Counted from the stretch's first letter, positions 17,228 through 27,172 are shown. The stretch is DNA of 59,060 nucleotides from an uncultured Planctomycetaceae bacterium (GCA_964633175.1 CAZWFP010000003.1:1-59060); one strand, 5' to 3'. Numbers and translations are program-made. Notes: a model not told the origin generated them from the sequence alone.

Positions 17228-18323
17228 AAAGGAACTAATAGGAATACTAACCTTTAATTCGTTTAGTTATAAAAAAACTAAATTTTACTATAAGTTAAAG
17301 GAGGATTTTGGTTCACTGTATAATTCATTTTTAAGAGCATCCTTGAGTTATTTTGTTCAAAATAAATTTCCAAGAAGTTTTGTTGATGAATTCTTAAATA
17401 AAAAAGATATGTCTTTTGGTAAAAGGGAGTTAGAAAAAGCAAATAAATATAATGTAAAAATTATTACAGTAGAAGATGATAATTATCCACCTCTTTTAAA
17501 AGAGTTGCAAAGTCCTCCTGTGGTTTTATATGTAATGGGCAATGTTGCAACTGATTCAGTTAATATCGCAATAGTAGGGACTCGCAACCCAAGTCAGTAT
17601 GGTGTAAAAATGGCTGAGAAGTTTAGTTATGAATTATCAAAAGTGGGGTTTTGCATTGTAAGTGGTTTAGCAAGAGGTATAGATACTATTGCTCATAAAA
17701 TTTGTATAAAGACCAAAGGCAAGACATACGCTGTTTTGGGGTCAGGATTACTTAATATATATCCGTCGGAAAATAGAAAAGTTGCAGAAGCACTCATAGA
17801 AGCGGGAGGTGCCATAATTAGCGAATATCCCTTGCATTCTCAGCCAGAGGTTCAGAATTTCCCCGCAAGAAATAGAATTATAAGTGGTTTATCGTTAGGC
17901 GTATTGGTAATTGAGGCGCCTATTGATAGCGGTGCTCTCATAACTGCTAATTGGGCTATTGAACAAAACAGAGAAGTATTCGTTGTTCCAGGTAATATAA
18001 ATGTAGAGCAGAGTGTAGGATGCTTAAAATTAGCCCAAGAAGGCGCTAAAATAGTTCTATCTACTAAGGATATTTTAGAGGAATTTCCTGATTTGTTTAA
18101 AGAGACAGTAGCAGTTGATACAAAACGATCGGCGCACATTAAGTTATCTGATAATGAAAAATTGTTACTTAACATAATAAAAAGTGATACTCTGACTTAT
18201 GATGAGATTTGTTACAAAGTGGGGATTCCTATGCAGATGTTAAATCTTCTTTTATTAAACCTTGAGGTGAAAGGATTAATAAAAAAGCTGCCTGGAAATA
18301 GATACTCAAGGGGAGAATTGTAA
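17220..18323 (+). CDS. dprA: DNA processing protein DprA/Smf
   Basis: IVGTRNPSQYG...IVSGLARGIDTIAHK...NFPARNRIISGLS...VVIEAPIDSGALITA. The ATG at 17220 overlaps the aroB stop by 8 nt, and the track start at 17184 is also possible. Confidence 0.85.
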   Translation: MDEKELIGILTFNSFSYKKTKFYYKLKEDFGSLYNSFLRASLSYFVQNKFPRSFVDEFLNKKDMSFGKRELEKANKYNVKIITVEDDNYPPLLKELQSPPVVLYVMGNVATDSVNIAIVGTRNPSQYGVKMAEKFSYELSKVGFCIVSGLARGIDTIAHKICIKTKGKTYAVLGSGLLNIYPSENRKVAEALIEAGGAIISEYPLHSQPEVQNFPARNRIISGLSLGVLVIEAPIDSGALITANWAIEQNREVFVVPGNINVEQSVGCLKLAQEGAKIVLSTKDILEEFPDLFKETVAVDTKRSAHIKLSDNEKLLLNIIKSDTLTYDEICYKVGIPMQMLNLLLLNLEVKGLIKKLPGNRYSRGEL

Positions 18324-18446
18324 AGCGGTGGCAATTTCTAAATCTTTAATTTTTCAATCTTTAAATTTTTATATAATTGGGCATACTGGCTATATTGATG
18401 TAAAAATGGTTTTCAATAAAAACTACCTACTCTTGTTTAAGGCAAA

Positions 18447-18484
18447 AGGGTGGGGTGTGGGTGAATACGTGAAAATCAATTTTC
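18447..18484 (-). repeat. intergenic repeat family D (inverted, 5-prime half)
   Basis: The reverse complement gaaaattgattttcacgtattcacccacaccccaccct has about 4 mismatches over 38 nt to 12758-12795. Confidence 0.8.
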
Positions 18485-18512
18485 TTAGATAGTTTTATGG
18501 GGAGGGCATAAA

Positions 18513-19751
18513 ATGAAAAGAGTTGGAATAGTAGGTGCTGCCATTACAGAATGTCGAAGTAGGTGGGTAGAAGCGACTTATTGGGAATTGTTTCAAATGG
18601 CTGTGCGCGCAGCAATTAAAGATGCTTGTATCTCAACTGATGAGATTGATTCTGTGGTGTATGGAATATACAATGATATTTTTGAACATCAGGCAATCCC
18701 TGAAAGTTGTCTTACAGGTTTAATAGGTATGGCAAATAAACCGGGTGTTCGTGTTACTACGGGTGGAGCAACAGGTTTTTATGCTATGCGTGCTGCCATA
18801 GCGGAAGTTGCAAGTGGTATGTCAGACTGTGTATTATGCGTTGGAGGTGAAAAAGCCACAGATTGTTTTGATCCTATATCCCAAACTCCTACGCCTATGG
18901 TTATTGACACAATTGCAAAATCATGGGACCCTTTTTTTGAATATCCTTTAGGTGCTACGGCAAGTGATTCATACATGCAAATATGTATGGCATATAATGA
19001 TACTTACCCTGGTGATATTGATGACCCTCTTATTAGAGCAAAAATCGTCGAGATGTTATGCAGACAGGGTAACCGTAATCCTTATGCGCAACGTAGGGAT
19101 GAAAAGGTTACGGCAGAACATGTTCTCGAATCACGATGGATAATTGCTCCTTTCTTGAGATTATTAGAGGCGTGTATGTATACTGAGGGAGCAGGGGCAG
19201 TAATTTTTGCTTCTGAAGAAAAAGCGAAAGAGATTAGTAAGCGAACAGGCAAACCAGTAATATGGGTAAAGGGGGTTGGGGCTGCTAATGAGGCATACGC
19301 ACCAGGGCGAGGGGGATACTATAAGCCACTTAATAGAATAGTTTCTGATCGCCTTGCCGCTGAAAGAGCATATAAAATGGCAGGAGTAAAACCGTCTGAT
19401 ATTAAAATAGTTGAACTTCACGATGCTTTTGTCGCACAACTTATGATAACAATGGGCGAGCTGGGCTTTGTCCCTATTGGACAAACACGCTCTCTTATTG
19501 ATAAACATATTATGGCAGATATTCGTGACTTGGGAGATTATAAAGCGCCTCCAGATGGTCAGATTCTTGTTAATCCTTCCGGTGGTCTTATATTCGGTGG
19601 ACATTTTGTTGGTGGTTCTAATATCTTCTCTCTCTGGTCAGCTCGTAGAGAAATGATTAATAGAAACTTAAGATATGGTTTAGTTCATGGCACAGGTGCT
19701 ATTAATGCTGTTTATGGTGGTGTTATAATTTTAGAACTTGAAGGGGGGTAG
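18513..19751 (+). CDS. thiolase-fold (SCP-x/Ltp-like) protein lacking the canonical nucleophilic Cys
   Basis: 412 aa with RBS GGGGAGGG. VTTGGATGFYAMRAAIAEVASG sits where thiolases have ...CASG.... GGEKA and NPSGGLIFGGHFVGGSN (GHP-like) motifs are present. Confidence 0.7.
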   Translation: MKRVGIVGAAITECRSRWVEATYWELFQMAVRAAIKDACISTDEIDSVVYGIYNDIFEHQAIPESCLTGLIGMANKPGVRVTTGGATGFYAMRAAIAEVASGMSDCVLCVGGEKATDCFDPISQTPTPMVIDTIAKSWDPFFEYPLGATASDSYMQICMAYNDTYPGDIDDPLIRAKIVEMLCRQGNRNPYAQRRDEKVTAEHVLESRWIIAPFLRLLEACMYTEGAGAVIFASEEKAKEISKRTGKPVIWVKGVGAANEAYAPGRGGYYKPLNRIVSDRLAAERAYKMAGVKPSDIKIVELHDAFVAQLMITMGELGFVPIGQTRSLIDKHIMADIRDLGDYKAPPDGQILVNPSGGLIFGGHFVGGSNIFSLWSARREMINRNLRYGLVHGTGAINAVYGGVIILELEGG

Positions 19752-19756
19752 ATAAG

Positions 19757-20758
19757 ATGATTGAAAAAGAAGGACAAACTGTCATCAGAGCGGAATTTAA
19801 TTTGCCTAAAGAGGTTTCTGAAATTACAGGAAGAGATGGTAACAAATATTTACAGTTTAATACTTCAATGTTAACTTTATATAAGCAAACGTATGGAGAA
19901 CTATCTAGATTTTTCCTTGCTATAAAAGAAGGACGATTAATTGGTAGTCACTGTAGCAAATGTGATCAGGTTATGGTTCCTGCTGCTACGTGGCATTGTC
20001 CAAACTGTAATTTTGCTGAAATGAAAGAAATTGAACTTCCGCAGAAGGGTGTTTTAGCTGCAACTGCGCCAATAACTATTTTTCCTTCTGCCTCTTTTAT
20101 AGGGGAGGCACCATTTTGCAGAGGTTATGTTGATGTTGCAACAAACCACAAAATAGCGTCTTTTCTTCCTTCCCGACTTCGCACGACAACTGGCTTACCC
20201 AGGCCGGGAATATTTGTTAAAGGAATTCAACTTAAACTGGTTTTTAAAGATAGAAGAGAGGGAACAATTCGGGATATTTTCTGGGTTCCTATGTCGGAAG
20301 TGCCACCACATCTCCAAGATAAAAAAACATTATTGGAGTCCGAATTGAGTTTTGAAACCCCTAAGACACCACAGCTAAAGCATAATGTCAAACTAGAACC
20401 TCTATTTAATAAACTTATGATAGCGTTAGACCAGATGTGTGAAAACATAAAAAAAAGCTCCAGAGCGCAGGATAATTTAGCAGGTAAGGAATATACCATA
20501 GGCGTAAGAACAGCAGGTGGTGATTTCAGTATTTATATTTCTAAAAATCAAATGAAAGTTCAGACTGATGTTGCTAAAGATGTTGACTTTATGCTTGTAT
20601 GTGAAGATCCAGAAGTTTTTATTAGATGGATTAATGATGGTTCTCTTACCGATGCAGCTGTAGAAGGTTTATTGTGGCTACCCAATCGTGAGGCATTTAC
20701 GATTCTACCGATTTTAGACCGTTTGCCACGCTCCATCCGCCGCGACCTGAAAAAATAA
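19757..20758 (+). CDS. DUF35 (zinc ribbon + OB fold) protein fused to a C-terminal SCP2-like domain
   Basis: CSKCDQV-x12-CPNCNF zinc ribbon followed by an OB-like segment. The C-terminal FMLVCEDPEVFIRWINDGSLTDAAVEGLLWL resembles SCP2. It starts 5 nt after the thiolase-like gene. Confidence 0.65.
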   Translation: MIEKEGQTVIRAEFNLPKEVSEITGRDGNKYLQFNTSMLTLYKQTYGELSRFFLAIKEGRLIGSHCSKCDQVMVPAATWHCPNCNFAEMKEIELPQKGVLAATAPITIFPSASFIGEAPFCRGYVDVATNHKIASFLPSRLRTTTGLPRPGIFVKGIQLKLVFKDRREGTIRDIFWVPMSEVPPHLQDKKTLLESELSFETPKTPQLKHNVKLEPLFNKLMIALDQMCENIKKSSRAQDNLAGKEYTIGVRTAGGDFSIYISKNQMKVQTDVAKDVDFMLVCEDPEVFIRWINDGSLTDAAVEGLLWLPNREAFTILPILDRLPRSIRRDLKK

Positions 20759-20832
20759 AAATAGAGCCAAGAGAAAAAAGTGGTAAGTTCTGAGCCAGAA
20801 GGCAATAGTTAAAGGTCGAAGTTCAAAAGTTT

Positions 20833-20869
20833 AAGGTTTAATGAAAAATCTAACTCGTAATAAAATAAC
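20833..20869 (+). repeat. intergenic repeat family A (variant with aaggtttaatga leader)
   Basis: aaggtttaatgaaaaatctaactcgtaataaaataac. Compare 41044-41087. Confidence 0.75.
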
Positions 20870-20893
20870 TAATAAAATTCCCACTTATAGAAT

Positions 20894-20946
20894 GGTATTT
20901 GCAAATACCCTTTACAAAAGGGGAATTGTAATGTGGTAATTTCTGG
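20894..20946 (+). repeat. repeat family F with perfect 16 bp palindrome
   Basis: GGTATTTGCAAATACC (20894-20909) followed by ctttacaaaaggggaattgtaatgtggtaatttctgg. Confidence 0.8.
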
Positions 20947-20956
20947 ACGGAGGTAG

Positions 20957-21304
20957 TTAATTCGATATTATACAAATTGCAATGGTGTAATTTTTTGAAT
21001 GGGAAATGGAAACAGAAACGTTTTTAATTGTTAATTTTTTATTTTGAATTTTAAGTTGCGGCTCCCCGTTTTTATCATTTAATATACAAACGTCGTGGAA
21101 AGATATAAGTCTTTTCTTTGTAGCTTTAAAAAATGCTTCCTTTAAGCAGAATCTCCCTGCTAAAAATTCTAATTTTCCCCCTAAACCAACGTATTGTTGT
21201 ATTTCTTTTGGTGTCAATATTCTTTCTATAAACTTTTTCTTATACTGTTTCACCATCTTTCTTATTCTTGTGTTTTCTACAATGTCTATTCCTACACTAA
21301 TCAT
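20957..21304 (-). CDS. acpS: holo-[acyl-carrier-protein] synthase
   Basis: MISVGIDIVENTRIRKM...LAGRFCLKEAFFKA...ISHSKNYTIAICI. The internal ATG is preferred over the track start at 21343. Confidence 0.85.
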   Translation of the reverse strand: MISVGIDIVENTRIRKMVKQYKKKFIERILTPKEIQQYVGLGGKLEFLAGRFCLKEAFFKATKKRLISFHDVCILNDKNGEPQLKIQNKKLTIKNVSVSISHSKNYTIAICIISN

Positions 21305-21372
21305 ATTTATGAAATTATAAGATAGAAGATTAAAAGAACTCAAAGCTCAAAAGTTTCAAAGAAGACCGACTT

Positions 21373-21397
21373 GCGAACTCGTAATAAAATAATAAAT
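21373..21397 (+). repeat. intergenic repeat family A
   Basis: gcgaactcgtaataaaataataaat. Confidence 0.7.
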
Positions 21398-21511
21398 CTT
21401 AAATATTGAATGATGAATACTGAATAAATGGAAATTTCCAACTGTGGTAGTTTCTGGTTTCTGGATGGAATACTTGAAATTTTTTTATTAGTTTTATAAT
21501 ATTATTTCTGT

Positions 21512-21913
21512 ATGAAAAGGATATTTTGTTTAGCAGTGATATTACTTGTTGCGCCAAGCTGTAGAGACGTAACTGATATAAGAAGTGATAGAGGCAGAGG
21601 GCAGAGAAGAACGTATAGTTATTCTAAAAATGTGGTATTTAAAGCTGCAAAAGAATCGTTAATTTCTCTTGGATTTGCGCTGGGTGAGATAAATGAAAGT
21701 GAAGGTTTTTTATCTGGTGAAACTCCAAGTCGCGGTATACTCGGTTTCCAAAGCGGAGAGGTTGTTGGTATATGGATTAGTGGTGATGGTGGTTTCACCC
21801 AGGTGGAGGTTGCATGGAAAAGACGCTCGGCTTTAGACCCAGCTGCGCATGACTGGACTACTCAAATTTTTAAGACAATTGACGAAAAATTAAGTGCAAT
21901 TATTTCTAAATGA
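21512..21913 (+). CDS. small lipoprotein, unknown function
   Basis: Signal peptide with lipobox-like LLVAPSC. 133 aa. Confidence 0.55.
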   Translation: MKRIFCLAVILLVAPSCRDVTDIRSDRGRGQRRTYSYSKNVVFKAAKESLISLGFALGEINESEGFLSGETPSRGILGFQSGEVVGIWISGDGGFTQVEVAWKRRSALDPAAHDWTTQIFKTIDEKLSAIISK

Positions 21914-22124
21914 TATAAAACGGTATGGCGAATAGAGAAATGAAATTTGTCTAATAACTGACAACTAAATCTTGCGACGAGTAATGTATGAGTTTACTCC
22001 GACATTGAGAGATTATAATGATATGACACTATTGTTTCTATCTTATTATTCCCGCGACCGCCTTTGCGAGTAGAGCCTTTTACAGAAATGGCAAATTGCA
22101 AAAGTTCTGTAAAATAGCTGTGAA

Positions 22125-23657
22125 ATGAACGGCATAGTAACTATTGTAGATTATGGTTCTCAATATACTCAGTTAATAGCGCGAAGAATCAGGGAATTAG
22201 GCGTTTTTTCTTTAATTGTTCCTCATAACGCTAATCTTAATAGTATGTTGGCAAAGTCCGTGGGGATAATTTTGTCCGGAGGTCCTCAAAGTGTCTATGA
22301 TTCCAATGCCCCCAAACTGAAGTGTGCATTATTAAAAGCAGGGAAACCTATTTTAGGTATTTGTTATGGTGCTCAATTGATTGCTAATAAATTAGGTGGC
22401 TTGGTAGAAAAAAGTGTCATAAGAGAATATGGAGCAAATACTATACGACTGACTAATAATGAAAGCATTTTATTTAAAAACATACCGAGTAGTTTTAAGG
22501 TGTGGATGAGTCATTCAGACCACATAAAAAAAGTGCCTAAGGGCTTTAGTGTTTTAGCGCAGTCAAATAATAATCTTATAGGTGCATTTGCCAATCCAAA
22601 AGAGAAAATATGGTGCGTCCAGTTTCATCCCGAGGTTTATCATACTGAATATGGAAAAAGAATTATTGAAAATTTCCTCTTCTTATGTTGTAATGCGCAG
22701 AGGAATTGGGATATAAAGCAAGAGTATAAAAGGATTATAAAAGAGTTGGAGGAAACGGTAAATGGTAATAGGATTTTATGTGCCGTTTCTGGGGGTATTG
22801 ATTCGCTGGTTTCAACTTGTCTTGCTACTAAGGTATCTCGTAGTGTTTATCCTTTGTTTGTAGATACAGGTTTATTACGTGAAGGGGAATTTGAAAAAGT
22901 GAAATATAAATTTAAGACATTGCGACTTCCTATATATAAATATGATGCTTCTGAGCTGTTTTTGAAGGAATTAAAAGCTGTAAGCGACCCTGAGAAAAAG
23001 AGAAAAATAATAGGAAATTTATTTATAAAGGTCTTTGAAAGATTTGCTAAGAAAAATGGTTCTATAAAATATATGGTGCAGGGCACGTTATACCCTGATG
23101 TTATAGAAAGCGTTTCTCCTTTTGGGTCACCGTCGTCTAAAATAAAATCACATCATAACGTGGGTGGCTTACCAAAAAAAGTGGGGTTAAAAATTATTGA
23201 ACCATTAAAATGGTTATTTAAAGATGAAGTGAGAACTATTGCAAAGGAACTCGGTATTAATGATGAATTTATAAAATCCCAGCCCTTCCCTGGACCAGGA
23301 TTCGCTATCAGGATTGTCGGTGATATAACTAAAGAAAAAATTAATATATTAAGAAAATCAGAATCCATAGTGAGAGAAGAGATAGAAAAAAGCGGCTTAC
23401 ATAGTTGTTTATGGCAGTATTTCCCAGTTCTTCTGCCTACTAAAAGTGTTGGCGTGATGGGTGACGCAAGAACTTACCAGTATCCAATTGTCCTGCGGTT
23501 TGTGAAAAGCATTGATGGTATGACTGCTGATTGGTTCTATTTAGATGAAAAATTGTTACGAAAGATATCCAATAGAATTGTTAATGAAGTAGAAGGGGTT
23601 AATAGGGTGTTAGTTGATACTACTTCCAAACCGCCTGCTACTATTGAATGGGAGTAA
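22125..23657 (+). CDS. guaA: GMP synthase (glutamine-hydrolysing)
   Basis: GATase (GICYGAQL, QFHPE), ATP-PPase SGGIDS, and the C-terminus TSKPPATIEWE. Confidence 0.95.
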   Translation: MNGIVTIVDYGSQYTQLIARRIRELGVFSLIVPHNANLNSMLAKSVGIILSGGPQSVYDSNAPKLKCALLKAGKPILGICYGAQLIANKLGGLVEKSVIREYGANTIRLTNNESILFKNIPSSFKVWMSHSDHIKKVPKGFSVLAQSNNNLIGAFANPKEKIWCVQFHPEVYHTEYGKRIIENFLFLCCNAQRNWDIKQEYKRIIKELEETVNGNRILCAVSGGIDSLVSTCLATKVSRSVYPLFVDTGLLREGEFEKVKYKFKTLRLPIYKYDASELFLKELKAVSDPEKKRKIIGNLFIKVFERFAKKNGSIKYMVQGTLYPDVIESVSPFGSPSSKIKSHHNVGGLPKKVGLKIIEPLKWLFKDEVRTIAKELGINDEFIKSQPFPGPGFAIRIVGDITKEKINILRKSESIVREEIEKSGLHSCLWQYFPVLLPTKSVGVMGDARTYQYPIVLRFVKSIDGMTADWFYLDEKLLRKISNRIVNEVEGVNRVLVDTTSKPPATIEWE

Positions 23658-23798
23658 GGAATATCTTCCATATCCTGAAAGGGTGACGGCGCGGTTTCTC
23701 TAATGTTTTAGTAATACAAAAGATATTAATTTTATTATGCATTATTCGACTGAATCGTCATAAAATGGCAAAATTCCAAGAGTGCGACCAGTTACAGG

Positions 23799-25829
23799 TC
23801 ATTTCTTATAGTAGCCGTATTTGTAGTAATAATAATAGGTTGGCGTAATTTCAAGAGGCGACTTATTTAGAATTACTCCTATCACATTTGTGCCTAAGGT
23901 ATCTATTAGGTGCTTTATCCATCTGCATTTTGCTTTGGAAACCTCTCCTGAGGCTATTACTAATAATAAATTTTTTATGATTCTTACTAAAAATAGCGTT
24001 TCACCTACGTTTACTAATGGTGGTGCATCTAATATTACAACGTCGTATTGACTTCTTAATTCACTAAGTAATTGTTCTAATTTACCGGTAGTTACATTCT
24101 CTAATATCTCGTTGTGTTTCCATGGGATATCTATGTAACTTATCTTGTTTGCAAAGTCTGGATTGCGAGGGTTTAAATCAAAATACTTTTTTAATTTGCT
24201 TGTTAAGCTTTTTGTTCTAAGGTCTAAATCTACTAAGGCGCATCTATATCCGGCTTTTGATAATACAAAAGATAAATTCAATGATATTGTTGTTTTGCCT
24301 ACATATCTTCCTGTCCCTGATATTATAAACATATTGGTTTTTAAATCGCTCATTTTCTTTATTATTAAAGATGAGATAGATTTATATATTTCTCCTGAGG
24401 GGGTGTCTAATTGCTCATCTTTGTAAAGTATTATATTACTCTCATCATTGCTTTTGTCTAAGGGAACCATACCGAGACATTCATAACCCATGTATTTTTT
24501 GACATCTACTTCATTTATTATGTTTGGCTCCATATATTCTCTTATATATACGGCAACCAGTCCTAATGCTATACCTAATAGTAGCATAATTGGTAAATAT
24601 TTAGAAAACCGGAATTCTCTTATCGGTAATAATCTGGGAATACTTCCTATTTCAACGAAACCTTTCTTTAACTCCAATAAATTGGTGTATTTATTTATGT
24701 TGTCTATTACGTAATCCAATTGTCTGTTTATCTGTTCTTCTTCTTTGATGTATTTATTAACGCTTGAAAGAGAGGTCTTTACTTTTCCTATTTTATCGTC
24801 GTAAATTCTTAACCTCTTTTCTAAATTATCAATCTCTTGTTTTAAATTATTGATAGCTTTATCGGTTTTGATAATGGAGGTTAGTATATCCGTTTCGTAT
24901 GATTTGAACAGTGCATCCTGTATTGCATTCATTTTTATTTGTAATTTCTTTATATCTGGGTGTTCCATTTTTTTATAAAGAAGTTCGGCAGCCATTGTCA
25001 TTTTTATTTCATCTAAGTTATTTTTTAATCTTTTGGTTTTATCCGATGCGAATTCATCAAAAAAATCGTCCATTATATATCGTTGTTTAGCTATGTTGCG
25101 TAATACCGTTATTTTATCTGTGTTATCTTCGAGAGTTTTTTTTGAGTTATCAATTTTTTGTTGAACGCCGTTTCTTAAAGTTTCTAACTGTTTTAATTCA
25201 TTCTGTAATACTGTATAGTCATATGGTATATTTTTCCTGAGATTTTGTAATTTCTCTTCTAATTCAGTATGCTGTTTCTTATGGTATTCGAGTTGATTTT
25301 TAAACCCCTGGTTCGCATCTTTATATCCATCTTCTAAGAATGCCAAAGTAAATCCAGCGCACACATAGACGGGCATTATGTTGTTTTTAGAATATACGTT
25401 GATAACTATTTCGTTTGAGCCAGCCAAATGTAAGTCGTATTTAACTTCTTTAAGGAAGTTTTTTGGCTTTACCAGCTTTTTTCTTTCCTCCTGAAACTGA
25501 GCGAATTGCTCCTGTAGATTTTCCATGTCTGATTTTCCTTCAAATATTACGTTGGTAAACTCATTGACGGTGTTTAAAAATGATGATTTATTTGCTTTGA
25601 GTATTCTTTTATCTGGTGTTGTTTCTGCTTCACCCACTAGTGGTATGCCAGTTGCAACCTGCAGCGCGATGTCGGAAATGGTCTGATTAGAAATTACTGA
25701 GCAGTATGCCTTATATTGAATAGGTCGTGTATATACGAAGATAGAATATACAATGAATGTGGTGAGGAATATAGCAAGAAAATATAAGAAATTCTTCTTT
25801 AGTATGTATAAATAATCTTTTAGATTCAT
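23799..25829 (-). CDS. polysaccharide co-polymerase / BY-kinase (Wzz-like domain + tyrosine autokinase)
   Basis: N-terminal TM, long coiled coil, second TM, Walker A GTGRYVGKTT, DLDLR, DAPPL, and a C-terminal Tyr cluster TYYYYYKYGYYKK. Confidence 0.8.
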   Translation of the reverse strand: MNLKDYLYILKKNFLYFLAIFLTTFIVYSIFVYTRPIQYKAYCSVISNQTISDIALQVATGIPLVGEAETTPDKRILKANKSSFLNTVNEFTNVIFEGKSDMENLQEQFAQFQEERKKLVKPKNFLKEVKYDLHLAGSNEIVINVYSKNNIMPVYVCAGFTLAFLEDGYKDANQGFKNQLEYHKKQHTELEEKLQNLRKNIPYDYTVLQNELKQLETLRNGVQQKIDNSKKTLEDNTDKITVLRNIAKQRYIMDDFFDEFASDKTKRLKNNLDEIKMTMAAELLYKKMEHPDIKKLQIKMNAIQDALFKSYETDILTSIIKTDKAINNLKQEIDNLEKRLRIYDDKIGKVKTSLSSVNKYIKEEEQINRQLDYVIDNINKYTNLLELKKGFVEIGSIPRLLPIREFRFSKYLPIMLLLGIALGLVAVYIREYMEPNIINEVDVKKYMGYECLGMVPLDKSNDESNIILYKDEQLDTPSGEIYKSISSLIIKKMSDLKTNMFIISGTGRYVGKTTISLNLSFVLSKAGYRCALVDLDLRTKSLTSKLKKYFDLNPRNPDFANKISYIDIPWKHNEILENVTTGKLEQLLSELRSQYDVVILDAPPLVNVGETLFLVRIIKNLLLVIASGEVSKAKCRWIKHLIDTLGTNVIGVILNKSPLEITPTYYYYYKYGYYKK

Positions 25830-26154
25830 CGCTCTTTTACTATATTATTTCCGCTTTGCAATATGGAAATCAGCGAATATCCTGAAAGTATAACAGTCTG
25901 TAGGTTCGACCGCGTGGCAGCCACCTTTCTTTTACAAAAGGGAAATTGCGGCATAGGTGGTTAATGTTATTATTCATTTTTTACCGTTAATCATTGAAGG
26001 CATTTATTTATCTTTCTCCTCTACCGCTTCCTATATGGAAATTATCGTATATTATAAATATTATTCAGTGATTAATTAAAAAATTAAGAGGAAGAAATAA
26101 ATTAAGAAGAAAAAAAGAATAAGAATCTGACAACTAATCGCTAATGGATAGTAA

Positions 26155-26604
26155 CTAAAGTATAGTTACTGTTCCGCCTGCTTTTTCAATCTTCTCTTTT
26201 GCTGATTTTGAAAAAGCATGTGCTTTTATGTTTAATTTTTTTATTATTTCACCTTTACCTAATATTTTTATTCCGTTATTTTCAATTTTTTTTATTACCT
26301 TTTTTTCTAACAAAAGTTGTGGGGTTATTTCTGTTCCATCGTCGAACTTATTGAGTTTATTTATATTAACTATGGTAAATTGTTTCTTGGACATTGCATT
26401 ACTAAACCCTTTTTTTGGTAGTTGTCTCACCAACGTCATTGTTCCACCTTCCCATGTAGGACGCTTTGAATGCCCGGAGCGGCTTTTCTGACCTTCAGAA
26501 CCTCTACCTGACGTTTTACCTCCGCCGCTTCCTTTACCTCTTCCCCATATAAACTTTTTTGGCTTCCTGTAATTTAATCTTTTAAATTGCCAGAGTTCTG
26601 CCAT
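26155..26604 (-). CDS. rplO: 50S ribosomal protein L15
   Basis: RGKGSGGGKTSGRGSEGQKSRSG. Confidence 0.9.
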   Translation of the reverse strand: MAELWQFKRLNYRKPKKFIWGRGKGSGGGKTSGRGSEGQKSRSGHSKRPTWEGGTMTLVRQLPKKGFSNAMSKKQFTIVNINKLNKFDDGTEITPQLLLEKKVIKKIENNGIKILGKGEIIKKLNIKAHAFSKSAKEKIEKAGGTVTIL

Positions 26605-26606
26605 TG

Positions 26607-27128
26607 TTATACGACTTTCACTTCTCTTGATGCTTCTACTTCTGCCTTTGTTTTTAACTTAGATAATGCAATAAATGTTGCTTTTATCAAATTTGTTGGA
26701 TTAGTGCTGTTGAACGTTTTACTTAAAGCGTTTTTTATTCCAGCCAGTTCAAGCACTGCTCTTACAGTATCACCTGCTATGATTCCTGTACCAGGTCCGG
26801 CTGGCTTTATTAATATTCTTGATGCACAAAATTTCCCGACCACCGTGTGTGGGATTGTATTGTTTTTAGTAACTGCTACTTTTATTAAATTATTTTTTGC
26901 TTTATTTATTGCCTTTTGAACTGCAAAGGGAACTTCATTTGCCTTTCCATATCCAAATCCCACGTAACCATTTCTGTTACCAACCACAACCAGAGCAGAA
27001 AATGATAATTTTTTACCTCCTGCGGTTACTTTTGCACATCTTTTTATGGTTAATACTATTTCTTCAAGTATTCCTGGATCAAGTCCTAATTCACTATATG
27101 TATACGTTTTATACTGTTTAGTTATCAT
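26607..27128 (-). CDS. rpsE: 30S ribosomal protein S5
   Basis: IKRCAKVTAGGKKLSFSALVVVGNRNGYVGFGYGKA. Confidence 0.9.
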   Translation of the reverse strand: MITKQYKTYTYSELGLDPGILEEIVLTIKRCAKVTAGGKKLSFSALVVVGNRNGYVGFGYGKANEVPFAVQKAINKAKNNLIKVAVTKNNTIPHTVVGKFCASRILIKPAGPGTGIIAGDTVRAVLELAGIKNALSKTFNSTNPTNLIKATFIALSKLKTKAEVEASREVKVV

Positions 27129-27172
27129 TTCTACCTTATTTCATTAATTATTAATTTTTTATTATTCATAAT

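Noticed and set aside
22070-22124. Promoter upstream of guaA (TTGCAA ... TGTAAAAT).
   Set aside because: The TTGCAA to TAAAAT spacing is only about 8 nt. Only an extended -10-like TGTAAAAT remains, which is too weak to annotate.
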